NCBI GenBank assembly: GCA_028285625.1
Contig: JANQOX010000019.1
Coordinates: 80,538 to 144,537 of the forward strand
DNA: 64,000 bases
Direction of reading: 5' to 3'
Source: Myxococcota bacterium
Lineage (GTDB): Bacteria > Myxococcota_A > UBA9160 > UBA6930
In this document: positions 38,042 through 48,378 of the stretch, piece after piece
Position numbering within the stretch: position 1 is the first letter of the stretch
Layout of the letters: every line of letters starts with the position of its first letter
Made by a program: the position numbers and the translations under genes
The notes under the pieces: generated by a model
What the model was told of the DNA's origin: nothing
The model's database searches: none
The model's input: the letters and a program-made list of their open reading frames with translations, nothing else

Positions 38042-40188
38042 CCTCGCCGCGTCTCGGCGTAGCCCGCCAGCGCGGCCAGCGCGCGAACGGCGCGGTGCGC
38101 GCTCGGGTAGCAGTAGCGCCCCTCTTCGCGCACGCCGATCGGCCCGGAATTCCCGTAGTCGCGGTCGGTATGGACCAGCTCGGTGGCGGTGAGGATCGGC
38201 ACGCCGTGGCGCTCCGACGCTTCGCGGGCGGCCTCGGCATAGCGGCGGTCCTGGCGCGCGTGGAAGTCGGCCATGCGCTCGAGACCATGGTCGGGGTGGA
38301 AGGGCCCGGAGCGGAACAACTCGGCCGTCGCCGCCTGGATGCCGATGCCGAGATGCACCACGGCATCGACGTCGGGGTGCCCGGCCACCAGGTCGAGCAC
38401 CTTGGGGATCGTGTCGCGCGTCTCGCCCCCGGCGAGGTCGATGGGGTTGTTGCGGCTCCAGCGCGGCGGCACCAGCTCGCCAATGGCATCGCGCAGGTCA
38501 TCGGGCAGCGGCATCAGTTCGAGCCCGGCTTCGGCGCAGGCATCGGCCGCCAGCACGCCCCAACCTCCGGCGGTGGTGAAGACGATCGTCCGCCGCCCCT
38601 TCGGCAGCGGCTGCGTGGCGAAGGTGGCCGCCCATTCGAAGGCCTCTTCGACCGTGCTGGCGCGGAGGGCACCGCACTGACGCGCCACGCCGTCGAAGAC
38701 GCGGTCGTCGCTGGCGAGCGATCCCGTATGGCTGGCCGCGGCGCGCTTGCCCTCGGCGGCCACGCCGCCCTTGACCAGCACGACGGGCTTGCGCGCGGTG
38801 GCGCGGCGCAGGGCCTCGGCAAAGCGGCGGCCGTCGGGCACGCCCTCGAGGTAGAGCAGCGCCACGTCGGTCTCGGGGTCGGCGCCGAAGTACTCCAGGT
38901 AGTCGGCCAGGGTGGTCTGGGCCGAGTTGCCCGCCGAGATCGCCTTGGCGATGCCGACCCCCGACTGCACGGCGTAGTTCAGGAAGCTCGAGACCAGGTT
39001 GCCGCTCTGGCTCGCTACCGAGATGCGGCCGGCCGGCGGGTACGGCGCCACGATCTGCGCGCACATGGAGCGCGCCGTCGCGATCACGCCCTGCCCGTTC
39101 GGGCCCGCGACGACGATGTCGAGCTCTTCGGCGAGCGCCAGCAGGTCGCGCTGCCGGGCCACGCCCTCTTCGCCGGCCTCGCCGTAGCCGCCGCTCGCGA
39201 TGAAGGCCGCGCGTACGCCCCGCGCCGCGCACGCGCGCAGCAGGTCTTCGTTCACCTGGTAGGGCGTGCATACGAAGACCAGATCGGCCGCGCCCTCGGG
39301 CACCTCGGAGACGTCGCGCAGGGTCGGCCGACCCAGGATCTCCTCGCCACCGCGGTGGATCGGGAAGAGCTCGCCGTCGTAGCCGAAGCGCAGCAGGTTG
39401 TGGAGCGTCACGAAGCCGAACTTGCCCGGGTGGGACGAGACCCCGGCCACGATGATCCCGCGCGGATCGAACAGCGGCTGGAAGCGCGCGCGGATCTCTT
39501 CGTCGCTGCGCGCCTTCGAAGGCGCGGCGGCGGGCGAGGGCTCGCCCAGCTCGACCAGCGCGTCGACGGCCACGGGCTTTCCCTCGGCGAGGATCAACGG
39601 GTTCACGTCCACGCTCACCACATCGGGGCGCGCTTCGGCCAGGCGCCCCAGGCCCACCAGCACGTCGGCGAGGGCATCGAGGTCGGTGCCGGGCTCGCCG
39701 CGGAAGGGCTCGGTGACCAAACGGCTGGTCTCCAGCCGGCCTACCATCGCTCGCGCTTCGGCGGCGTCCAGGGGTGCCGCAGCGAAGGCCACGTCGCCGA
39801 GGGCTTCGGTCAGGATGCCGCCCAGCCCGAGCACGACGCACGCACCGAACTGCGGGTCGCGCACGAGCCCTGCGATCAGCTCGCGCTTGCCGCGCACCAT
39901 CTCGGCCACGAGCAGATGCACCGCGCCGTCTTCGGGCTGCGCCTTGCCCAGCAGCTCCGCGGCGGCGGCGCGCACGGCGGCGGCGTCACCCAGTCCCAGA
40001 CGCACCAGGTCGCGCTCGCTCTTGTGGGCGATGGCATCGCCCCCGAGCTTCAGCACGACCGGGAAGCCCATCTCCTCGGCCGCGTTCGCGGCGGCCTCGG
40101 CCGAATCGGCCACCGACTCGCGTGCGACGGGTACGCCGAATTCGGCGAGAAGGGCTTTCGAGTCGTGCTCGGAGAGGGTCGTGCTCAT
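38038..40188 (-). CDS. ADP-forming acyl-CoA synthetase (ATP-grasp domain first, CoA-binding domain second)
   Basis: GFPVVLK, HKSE, DVNPL then GPNGQG, SQSG, ASHTG, NPIDL. Confidence 0.85.
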   Translation of the reverse strand: MSTTLSEHDSKALLAEFGVPVARESVADSAEAAANAAEEMGFPVVLKLGGDAIAHKSERDLVRLGLGDAAAVRAAAAELLGKAQPEDGAVHLLVAEMVRGKRELIAGLVRDPQFGACVVLGLGGILTEALGDVAFAAAPLDAAEARAMVGRLETSRLVTEPFRGEPGTDLDALADVLVGLGRLAEARPDVVSVDVNPLILAEGKPVAVDALVELGEPSPAAAPSKARSDEEIRARFQPLFDPRGIIVAGVSSHPGKFGFVTLHNLLRFGYDGELFPIHRGGEEILGRPTLRDVSEVPEGAADLVFVCTPYQVNEDLLRACAARGVRAAFIASGGYGEAGEEGVARQRDLLALAEELDIVVAGPNGQGVIATARSMCAQIVAPYPPAGRISVASQSGNLVSSFLNYAVQSGVGIAKAISAGNSAQTTLADYLEYFGADPETDVALLYLEGVPDGRRFAEALRRATARKPVVLVKGGVAAEGKRAAASHTGSLASDDRVFDGVARQCGALRASTVEEAFEWAATFATQPLPKGRRTIVFTTAGGWGVLAADACAEAGLELMPLPDDLRDAIGELVPPRWSRNNPIDLAGGETRDTIPKVLDLVAGHPDVDAVVHLGIGIQAATAELFRSGPFHPDHGLERMADFHARQDRRYAEAAREASERHGVPILTATELVHTDRDYGNSGPIGVREEGRYCYPSAHRAVRALAALAGYAETRRG

Positions 40189-40332
40189 CGCGGGGCTCCC
40201 GCGGTCCGGTGGGGCGGAAGCCACGCGTCCGCGAAGCGGTGTCGGAGATCGGCGAACGGCTTATCCTAGGCGAGCCCCCCTGCCATGCCCACGCCCGGCG
40301 GGCACGCCCCGGGTGCACGAGGAGGAGCAGCA

Positions 40333-41811
40333 GTGGAGGGCAACGGGTTCATCGCGAGCCTCGAGGCCGGCTTTCAGCGCTACGTCGTCGACCCCATCGA
40401 GTCGGTGATCTTCTGGGATCTCGCCTTCTGGGACGACTCGATGGAGCTGCAGCTGGTCGTCGTGTGGCTGATCCTCGGCGCGGCGTTCTTCACGCTGCGC
40501 TTCCAATTCGTGAACCTGCGCGGGTTCCGCCACGCCCTCGATTGCGTGCGCGGTCGCTACACGCGGCCGGACGAGCCCGGCGAGATCAGCCACTTCCAGG
40601 CGCTCTCGGCCGCGCTCTCGGCCACGGTGGGTCTCGGCAACATCGCCGGGGTCGCCGTCGCCGTGGGCCTCGGCGGCCCGGGCGCCGTGTTCTGGATGAT
40701 CGTTGCCGGCTTCCTGGGCATGAGCAGCAAGTTCGCCGAGTGCACGCTCGGGCAGATGTACCGCGTGACGCGCGCCGACGGGCACGTGTCGGGCGGGGCC
40801 ATGCACTACCTGACCACGGGCCTCGGCGAGAAGGGCCTACCGCGCCTGGGCAAAGGCCTCGCCATCGTCTTCGGCGTGATGTGCATCGGCGGCAGCTTCG
40901 GCGGCGGCAACATGTTCCAGTCGAACCAGTCGTTTGCGCAGTTCGCCAACGTCTTCCCCGCGCTCGGCGGCACCGCCGGCGCCATCGTCTTCGGCGGCAT
41001 CCTCGCGTCGCTGGTCGGCCTGGTCATCATCGGGGGCATCCGCCGCATCGGTGAGGTGGCCGGGATCCTCGTGCCGGTGATGTGCAGCGTCTATGTGCTG
41101 ACGGGGCTCGTCGTCCTGGTGCTCCACGCCGACCGGATCGGTGAGGGGTTCGGCATCATCGTGACCCAGGCGTTCCGACCCGATGCCGCGTTCGGCGGCT
41201 TCGCGGGCGTGCTCATCCAGGGGTTCCGCCGCGCGGCCTTCAGCAACGAGGCGGGCACCGGCTCGGCAGCCATCGCCCACTCGGCGGCCGCTACGGAAGA
41301 ACCGGTGCGAGAAGGCATGGTGGCGCTGCTCGAGCCCTTCGTGGACACGCTGATCGTGTGCACCATGACCGGGCTCGTGATCGTGGTCACCGGCGCCTGG
41401 CAGGCCGACGATGCGGGCTCGGGCATCGCGATGACGTCGTACGCCTTCGAGACCGTCTTTCCCTGGTTCAAGTACATCCTCTCGGTGTCGGCCATCCTGT
41501 TCGCGTTCAGCACGATGATCTCGTGGAGCTACTACGGCGAGCAGTGTTGGGCACAGCTGTTCGGGCTGCGATCGATCCTGCTCTACAAGGCGATCTTCCT
41601 GGCCTTCGCATGGGCCGGCGCGGTGTTCGCCTCGGGCGCGGTGATCGCCTTCGGCGACGCCATGATCCTGGGCATGGCCTTCCCCAACATCGTGGGTGTG
41701 ATGCTGCTTTCGGGCCGGGTGAAGGCCGCCCTCGACGACTACCTGGGGCGGCTGCGCTCGGGAGCCATCCGGCCCGTGGCGGAGGCGGCGTCCGATCCGG
41801 GCCCCGGCTGA
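40333..41811 (+). CDS. Alanine/glycine:cation symporter (AGCS family)
   Basis: ATVGLGNIAGVA, GGPGAVFWM, FSNEAGTGS, FSTMISWSYYGE. Confidence 0.92.
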   Translation: MEGNGFIASLEAGFQRYVVDPIESVIFWDLAFWDDSMELQLVVVWLILGAAFFTLRFQFVNLRGFRHALDCVRGRYTRPDEPGEISHFQALSAALSATVGLGNIAGVAVAVGLGGPGAVFWMIVAGFLGMSSKFAECTLGQMYRVTRADGHVSGGAMHYLTTGLGEKGLPRLGKGLAIVFGVMCIGGSFGGGNMFQSNQSFAQFANVFPALGGTAGAIVFGGILASLVGLVIIGGIRRIGEVAGILVPVMCSVYVLTGLVVLVLHADRIGEGFGIIVTQAFRPDAAFGGFAGVLIQGFRRAAFSNEAGTGSAAIAHSAAATEEPVREGMVALLEPFVDTLIVCTMTGLVIVVTGAWQADDAGSGIAMTSYAFETVFPWFKYILSVSAILFAFSTMISWSYYGEQCWAQLFGLRSILLYKAIFLAFAWAGAVFASGAVIAFGDAMILGMAFPNIVGVMLLSGRVKAALDDYLGRLRSGAIRPVAEAASDPGPG

Positions 41812-41891
41812 CCGACCGGGCCCGATGTGCGCTCCCCTACCGGCGCGCCCTACCCTCTCGTTTCGCCTGCCTTCGGCGACCAGGAGACCCC

Positions 41892-42863
41892 ATGACCGAG
41901 CCGCAGATCCACCGCTGGGAGACCCTCACCAAGAAGCAGTTCGACACGATCGACCGCAACCGCGCGATCGTGCTCGTGACATGCTCGCCGCTCGAGGTTC
42001 ATGGACCCCACCTGCCGCTGGGCGCCGATGCGCTCGAGGGCGAGGGCCTCTCGGAGAGGACGATCCGCCACCTGCCCGAGGCCCACCAGGACCGGCCGTT
42101 CCTGAAGCTGCCGTTCGTCTACGCGGCCTGCGACCCGGTGCCCCAGCCCGGCTCGCTGTCGTTCCGCCCCTCGACCATCCGCGCCTTCCTCGAAGACCTC
42201 GGCGACTCGCTCGCGGCGCAGGGCTTCCGACACGTGGTGGTGTCGAACTTCCACGGCAGCCCGCGGCACTTCGTGGCCATCGAGCAGGCGTGTCACGCCG
42301 TGTCCGAACGCACCGACATGCAGATGATCCCGATCTTCTCCGTGATGGTGGGGCGCCTGTCCGCAGGCGGCTCCGAGCTCGGCCAGACGCTGGGCGCCCT
42401 GCCGGGCATGACCGAGGCCGACTTCGAGGGCGACACCCACGGCGGCCTGGTGGAGACCTCGCAGCTGCTGGCGCTCCACGGCGACTGGGTCGACCCCGAC
42501 TACAAGGAGCTGCCCAAGCGAACCGTCGACATCTGGCTGGAGGAGAAGGGGGAGCAGCGCACGCGGCCCGAGGGCTCGGGCCTGCGCGACCTGCCGGGCA
42601 TGGTCAAGGGGTTCAAGGCGGGCATCGCCTACTTCGCCGAGGAGACCTACACCGGCCAGCCGGCCAAGGCGTCGGCCGAACTCGGTGAGCAGATCCTCGA
42701 CCTGCTGGCTAGCAAGGCGGCCGAGGGGCTGACCGAGATCCTCGAAGGGCGCCTGCCGCGCAGCGAGTGGCACTCGCCCGTGTGGAAGCTGCGCCACGTC
42801 TTCACGCACCCCGCGGCTGTCGCGTTCTTCGATCGCCTGCTCGAGAAGCCGAAGACCGTCTGA
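41892..42863 (+). CDS. Creatininase/MftE-family amidohydrolase
   Basis: EVHGPHLPLGAD, NFHG, DTHGGLVETS. Confidence 0.75.
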   Translation: MTEPQIHRWETLTKKQFDTIDRNRAIVLVTCSPLEVHGPHLPLGADALEGEGLSERTIRHLPEAHQDRPFLKLPFVYAACDPVPQPGSLSFRPSTIRAFLEDLGDSLAAQGFRHVVVSNFHGSPRHFVAIEQACHAVSERTDMQMIPIFSVMVGRLSAGGSELGQTLGALPGMTEADFEGDTHGGLVETSQLLALHGDWVDPDYKELPKRTVDIWLEEKGEQRTRPEGSGLRDLPGMVKGFKAGIAYFAEETYTGQPAKASAELGEQILDLLASKAAEGLTEILEGRLPRSEWHSPVWKLRHVFTHPAAVAFFDRLLEKPKTV

Positions 42864-42876
42864 CACGGGGTCATGG

Positions 42877-43050
42877 TCAGCCGTCGAAGTGGCTCGCCTG
42901 CATGCGGCGTTTTTCGGGCGCGTTGCGGCTGAACAGCGGCTTCACCTCGGGATGCCGGTCGAACAGCTTGGCGTAGAAGGGCGTGGCAATGCCCCGCTCG
43001 CCGTCGGGCAGGTTGGGGAGGTCGGCTTCGATTCGTTCGGCGTGATTCAC
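42877..43050 (-). pseudogene. Truncated globin fragment (57 aa)
   Basis: FYAKLFDRHPEVKPLF is the globin B-C-CD signature; the frame ends before the F-helix proximal His. Confidence 0.55.
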
Positions 43051-43116
43051 GGCAGCATCCTCGTCGGGGTGGGGGCGGGAGCATACGGCACGAGCGGCCC
43101 CCGGGACTACGGTAGG

Positions 43117-43659
43117 ATGCAGTGGCGGAGGCACGGGTTGAGCGACTCCCTCGCGAGCTGGCTTGCAGCCACCGGCAGCGACATCGGCCTCGTCTTCAGT
43201 GACGTGGTGGACTCGACCGAACTGCTCTTCCAGCGAGAGACGGTGGCCTACCGCACCCTGCTGCGGCGCCACCGGGCCCGCGCGCGAGGCCTGGCCACGG
43301 AGCACCTCGGACGCATCGTGGAGGCGCGCGGCGACGAGATCTTCGCAGCTCTTCCGGACGCCGGAGGGGCCCTCGCCTACGCAAGGGCGCTCCACCGCGC
43401 GCCCGGTGCCGACGGCCTACACGTCCGCGTGGGCGTGCACCTGGGCCACGTCCTCGCCGACGGAGATGCGCTGGTAGGCCGCAACGTCCACCTGGCGGCG
43501 CGGGTGATGCAGCGCGGCGTGGGCGCAGAAATCTGGATGAGCGATGCCGCACGCGACGCCCTGGGGCGCGACGGCTTCGAAGACCAGAATTGGATCGAAC
43601 GGGACCTCCGTCCGCTCAAGGGCGTCCCGGGCGAACATCGTCTTTGGCGACTGGCCTAG
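43117..43659 (+). CDS. Stand-alone class III nucleotidyl cyclase domain protein
   Basis: FSDVVDST, VEARGD, RVGVHLG, GRNVHLAARV, LKGVPG. Confidence 0.75.
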   Translation: MQWRRHGLSDSLASWLAATGSDIGLVFSDVVDSTELLFQRETVAYRTLLRRHRARARGLATEHLGRIVEARGDEIFAALPDAGGALAYARALHRAPGADGLHVRVGVHLGHVLADGDALVGRNVHLAARVMQRGVGAEIWMSDAARDALGRDGFEDQNWIERDLRPLKGVPGEHRLWRLA

Positions 43660-43771
43660 GCGTGGCCGCTCGACCTGCTCCCGGCGATGCCCGCGCTTCT
43701 CTCGCCTGAAGACGTTGCGGACGTGCATCGCCTGCGCCACGCTGCGGCCCCGACCCCTGGAGGAAAACCCT

Positions 43772-45298
43772 ATGCGCCTCGTGCTGTCACTCGTAGCCAC
43801 GATCATCCTCGCTTCGCCGGCTACTGCCGCCGACCAGCCCAACATCCTCGTGATCTGGGGCGACGACATCGGCCAGTCGAACATCAGCCACTACACCCAC
43901 GGCATGATGGGCTACCAGACGCCGAACATCGATCGCATCGCGCGCGAGGGCATGGCGTTCACCGACTACTACGGCGAGCAGAGCTGCACCGCCGGACGCT
44001 CGTCGTTCATCACCGGTCAGAGCGTGTTTCGAACGGGGCTCTCCAAGGTGGGGCTCCCGGGCGCCGACCTGGGCATGCGCATCGAGGACCCGACCATCGC
44101 CGGGCTGCTGAAGGCGCAGGGCTACGCCACCGGCCAATTCGGCAAGAACCACCTGGGGGACAAGGACGAGCACCTGCCCACGAACCACGGCTTCGACGAG
44201 TTCCTGGGCAATCTCTACCACCTGAACGCCGAAGAAGAGCCCGAGAACGAGGACTACCCGAAGAATCCGGAGTTCCGGAAGCGCTTCGGCCCGCGCGGTG
44301 TCATCCACAGCAAGGCCGACGGCTCCATCGAGGACACGGGCCCGCTCACCAGGAAGCGCATGGAGACGATCGACGACGAGACCGTCGCCGCCGCCATCGA
44401 CTTCATCGAGCGCCAGAACACCGCCGGTAAGCCCTTCTTCGTGTGGTGGAACGGCACGCGCATGCACTTCCGCACGCACGTGAAGGCCGAGCATCGGGGC
44501 ATCTCCGGGCAGGACGAATACTCGGACGGCATGGTCGAGCACGACATGCACGTGGGCCAGCTGCTCGACGCCGTCGACCGCCTGGGCATCGCCGAGAACA
44601 CCATCGTCTTCTACAGCACCGACAACGGGCCCCACTACAACTCCTGGCCCGATGCGGCTTCGACCCCCTTCCGCGGCGAGAAGAACACCAACTGGGAGGG
44701 CGGCTGGCGCGTGCCCGCCATGGTGCGCTGGCCCGGCAAGATCGCGGCGGGCTCGTGGTCGAACGAGATCATGCATCACATGGACTGGCTGCCGACGTTC
44801 GTGGCGGCGGCGGGCGATGCGAACATCAAGCAGAGCCTGCTGTCGGGCACCCGGGCCATCGGGCGCAGCTACAAGGTGCATCTGGACGGGTACAACTTCC
44901 TGCCCTTCTTGACCGGGCAGAGCGAAGAGGCCCCGCGCGACGAGATCTTCTACTTCTCGGACGACGGCGATCTCACCGCGCTGCGCTACCGGGACTGGAA
45001 GCTGATCTTCATGGAGCAGAAGTCCCAGGGCACGTTCCGCGTCTGGATGGAGCCCTTCGTGCCCCTTCGTCTGCCGCTCATCTTCCACATGCGTCGTGAC
45101 CCGTACGAACGAGCGTCGACCACGTCGAACACCTACTTCGACTGGTTGATCGATCGCGCCTACCTGCTGGTGCCGGCCCAGGCTTACGTCGGTGAGTTCC
45201 TGAAGACGTTCCAGGAGTACCCGCCCAGGCAGAAGGCGGCGAGCTTCAGCCTGGACGAGGTGATGGAGCAGCTCACAGCGCCCGCAGGCAACCCGTAG
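43772..45298 (+). CDS. Secreted arylsulfatase (Cys-type)
   Basis: Signal peptide; PNILVIWGDD, SCTAGRS, GKNHLG, STDNG, EGGWRVP. Confidence 0.92.
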   Translation: MRLVLSLVATIILASPATAADQPNILVIWGDDIGQSNISHYTHGMMGYQTPNIDRIAREGMAFTDYYGEQSCTAGRSSFITGQSVFRTGLSKVGLPGADLGMRIEDPTIAGLLKAQGYATGQFGKNHLGDKDEHLPTNHGFDEFLGNLYHLNAEEEPENEDYPKNPEFRKRFGPRGVIHSKADGSIEDTGPLTRKRMETIDDETVAAAIDFIERQNTAGKPFFVWWNGTRMHFRTHVKAEHRGISGQDEYSDGMVEHDMHVGQLLDAVDRLGIAENTIVFYSTDNGPHYNSWPDAASTPFRGEKNTNWEGGWRVPAMVRWPGKIAAGSWSNEIMHHMDWLPTFVAAAGDANIKQSLLSGTRAIGRSYKVHLDGYNFLPFLTGQSEEAPRDEIFYFSDDGDLTALRYRDWKLIFMEQKSQGTFRVWMEPFVPLRLPLIFHMRRDPYERASTTSNTYFDWLIDRAYLLVPAQAYVGEFLKTFQEYPPRQKAASFSLDEVMEQLTAPAGNP

Positions 45299-45300
45299 CC

Positions 45301-46305
<1,005 letters not shown>

Positions 46306-46311
46306 GGGAGC

Positions 46312-46337
46312 TCCAACTGGATTCGAATCCAGTTGGA
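46312..46337. repeat. Perfect 26-bp palindrome between convergent genes
   Basis: TCCAACTGGATTCGAATCCAGTTGGA equals its own reverse complement. Confidence 0.8.
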
Positions 46338-46414
46338 CCCACACGCGAAGCCCAGGGCTTCTCTAGCTCGCCGGCGGCGCCGTCAGCAGATCGATGATCG
46401 ACTGGATCGCTCGT

Positions 46415-47005
46415 CTACAACGAGGAGGCCGGCTCTGAGCCCGTCGCGTCCTCCTGGCCAACGGAGTCCGGCCGCGGCACCAACCAGCGGCCCAGCCGGC
46501 GGAGCGTGGGGCGCGACTCGGCGAGGAAGCGTTCGTAGCTCTGGCCGGTGCGGCCGAGCCAGGACTGGTTGGCCAGCACGAACGCCAGCTCGCGGCTGCG
46601 GCGGCGCAACGGGTAGAGGTAGGCGGCGTAGCCGACCCAGGGCACCGCGGCGATCAGCAGGACCGGCGCCGAGTGTACGCTTGCCTCGGCACGGCGGCCG
46701 CGCAGGGTCTCGACCACGCGGTTGCCGGCGACCCAACCCACCCGGGCGATCGTGCCCAACGGCAGGGGCACCATGTCGAACGCGAAGATCACGCCGATCG
46801 CGAGGTGGGCTCCGAGGTGCCCCAACACGTAGCGCGACCCGTCGAGCTGCCCGTGCACCCGCGCGCGAAGCTCGTTCGCATCGGCGCGCTCGAGGACACC
46901 TTCTTCCACCAGTGCATCGAGCGTGGTCTCGAGAGCGGCGGGGTCGAGCAGCCGGGCCTGCGTCTCTTCGAGCGCACGCGAGAAGCGCTCTCGAATGCCC
47001 GGCAC
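46415..47005 (-). CDS. Hypothetical membrane protein
   Basis: 196-aa ORF with two hydrophobic segments, 13 bp downstream of the P450 on the same strand. Confidence 0.55.
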   Translation of the reverse strand: MPGIRERFSRALEETQARLLDPAALETTLDALVEEGVLERADANELRARVHGQLDGSRYVLGHLGAHLAIGVIFAFDMVPLPLGTIARVGWVAGNRVVETLRGRRAEASVHSAPVLLIAAVPWVGYAAYLYPLRRRSRELAFVLANQSWLGRTGQSYERFLAESRPTLRRLGRWLVPRPDSVGQEDATGSEPASSL

Positions 47006-47018
47006 AGGTGTTCCGAGC

Positions 47019-48290
47019 CTAGGCCCCGCCCGCCGTCCACTCGCACGACATGTGCTTGATGCCGTGGATGAACATGCTGGCGAGGCGCTGGGGTTCGCCC
47101 GTCACCTGGAGATCGGGGATGCGGGTGAAGAGCTCGCGGAACATCACCGTGATCTCGCGGCGGGCCAGGTGGGCGCCCATGCAGTGGTGCGGCCCGGGGC
47201 CGCCGAAACCCACGTGCTCGTTGGGGGTGCGCCCGACGTCGAACCGGTGCGGGTCGTCGAACACCTCGTCGTCGCGGTTCGCCGAGTTGTAGAAGAGCAC
47301 GAGCTTGTCGCCCTCGTGGAGCTTCTGGCCACGAAGCTCGGTGTCGCGCGTGGCCGTGCGCCGGAAGTGGATGACCGGCGTGGCCCAGCGCACGATCTCT
47401 TCCACGGCGGTACCGGCCAACCCTTCGAAGTCGGCGGCCCAGCGCGCGCGCTGGTCGGGATGATCGCAGAGCGCCTTCATGCCGTGGCTGATGGCGTTGC
47501 GCGTGGTCTCGTTGCCGGCCACGGCGAGCAGCACGAAGAACGACCCCAGCTCGTTGTCGTCGAGCTGCTCGCCATCGATCTCGGCGTTCACCAGCAGGGA
47601 CGTGAGGTCGTCGCCGGGGTTGCCGCGGCGGGTCTTGCCCAGCTCCTGGGCCAGCTGCGACAGCTCGGCACCGGCCTGCAGCAGCTTGGGGACGATCTGC
47701 GCGGGGTCGTCCACGTACTCGGGGTCGCCGGCGCCCAAGATCACGTTGGTCTTGTCGAAGACGAACTGATGCTGGCTCTCGGGGATGCCCATCATGTCGC
47801 AGATGATCCAGAGCGGAAGCCGCGCCGCGATGTCCACCACGAAGTCGCACGACCCCTGCTCGATCACGTCGTCCACGATGCGGCTGGCCACGCGCTGCAC
47901 GTCGCGCTCGTAGCGCTGGATCATGCGCGGCGTGAAGCCGCGCGCGACGATGCGTCGGAAGCGGCCGTGCCGCGGGTCGTCCATGTTGATCATGGAGCCG
48001 AAGAACTCGTCGAACATGGGCGGCTGATCCATGATCTGCGTGCCCTTGCCCGAGCAGAAGACGTCCGCGTTCTTGCTCACGTGCACCAGGTCGGCGTGCT
48101 TGGTGACGGCGTAGAAGCCGGGGCCCTTGGGCATCGGCGAGAACTCGAAGTGCATCTCCTCGAAGAACGGCAGCGGCCGCTCTTCACGCAGGCTGGCGAA
48201 GGCGCCCTCGCGCTCGGCCTCGGGACGGATCCAGAACTCGGGGACCGAGAGGTCGATCTCGTCTACGGAAAGGACGCGTTTCGGCTGCAC
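47019..48290 (-). CDS. Cytochrome P450 (CYP124/CYP125-like)
   Basis: AGNETTRN, EEIVRW (ExxR), GFGGPGPHHCMG heme Cys. Confidence 0.92.
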   Translation of the reverse strand: MQPKRVLSVDEIDLSVPEFWIRPEAEREGAFASLREERPLPFFEEMHFEFSPMPKGPGFYAVTKHADLVHVSKNADVFCSGKGTQIMDQPPMFDEFFGSMINMDDPRHGRFRRIVARGFTPRMIQRYERDVQRVASRIVDDVIEQGSCDFVVDIAARLPLWIICDMMGIPESQHQFVFDKTNVILGAGDPEYVDDPAQIVPKLLQAGAELSQLAQELGKTRRGNPGDDLTSLLVNAEIDGEQLDDNELGSFFVLLAVAGNETTRNAISHGMKALCDHPDQRARWAADFEGLAGTAVEEIVRWATPVIHFRRTATRDTELRGQKLHEGDKLVLFYNSANRDDEVFDDPHRFDVGRTPNEHVGFGGPGPHHCMGAHLARREITVMFRELFTRIPDLQVTGEPQRLASMFIHGIKHMSCEWTAGGA

Positions 48291-48378
48291 GACACCTCCA
48301 GGGCCACCGGGCGCGATGCTACCCGACCCCTGCGCCCGAGACCGCTGGGGCTTCCCCTGTGCCCGAGGCGTGCCCGCC

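Noticed and set aside
41892-42863. Mycofactocin (MftE) RiPP locus
   Set aside because: No precursor peptide, radical SAM or MftB gene nearby
46310-46345. Complete tRNA gene
   Set aside because: Only a T-arm/acceptor-like fragment; no D-arm or anticodon arm, and the upstream sequence is HAD coding
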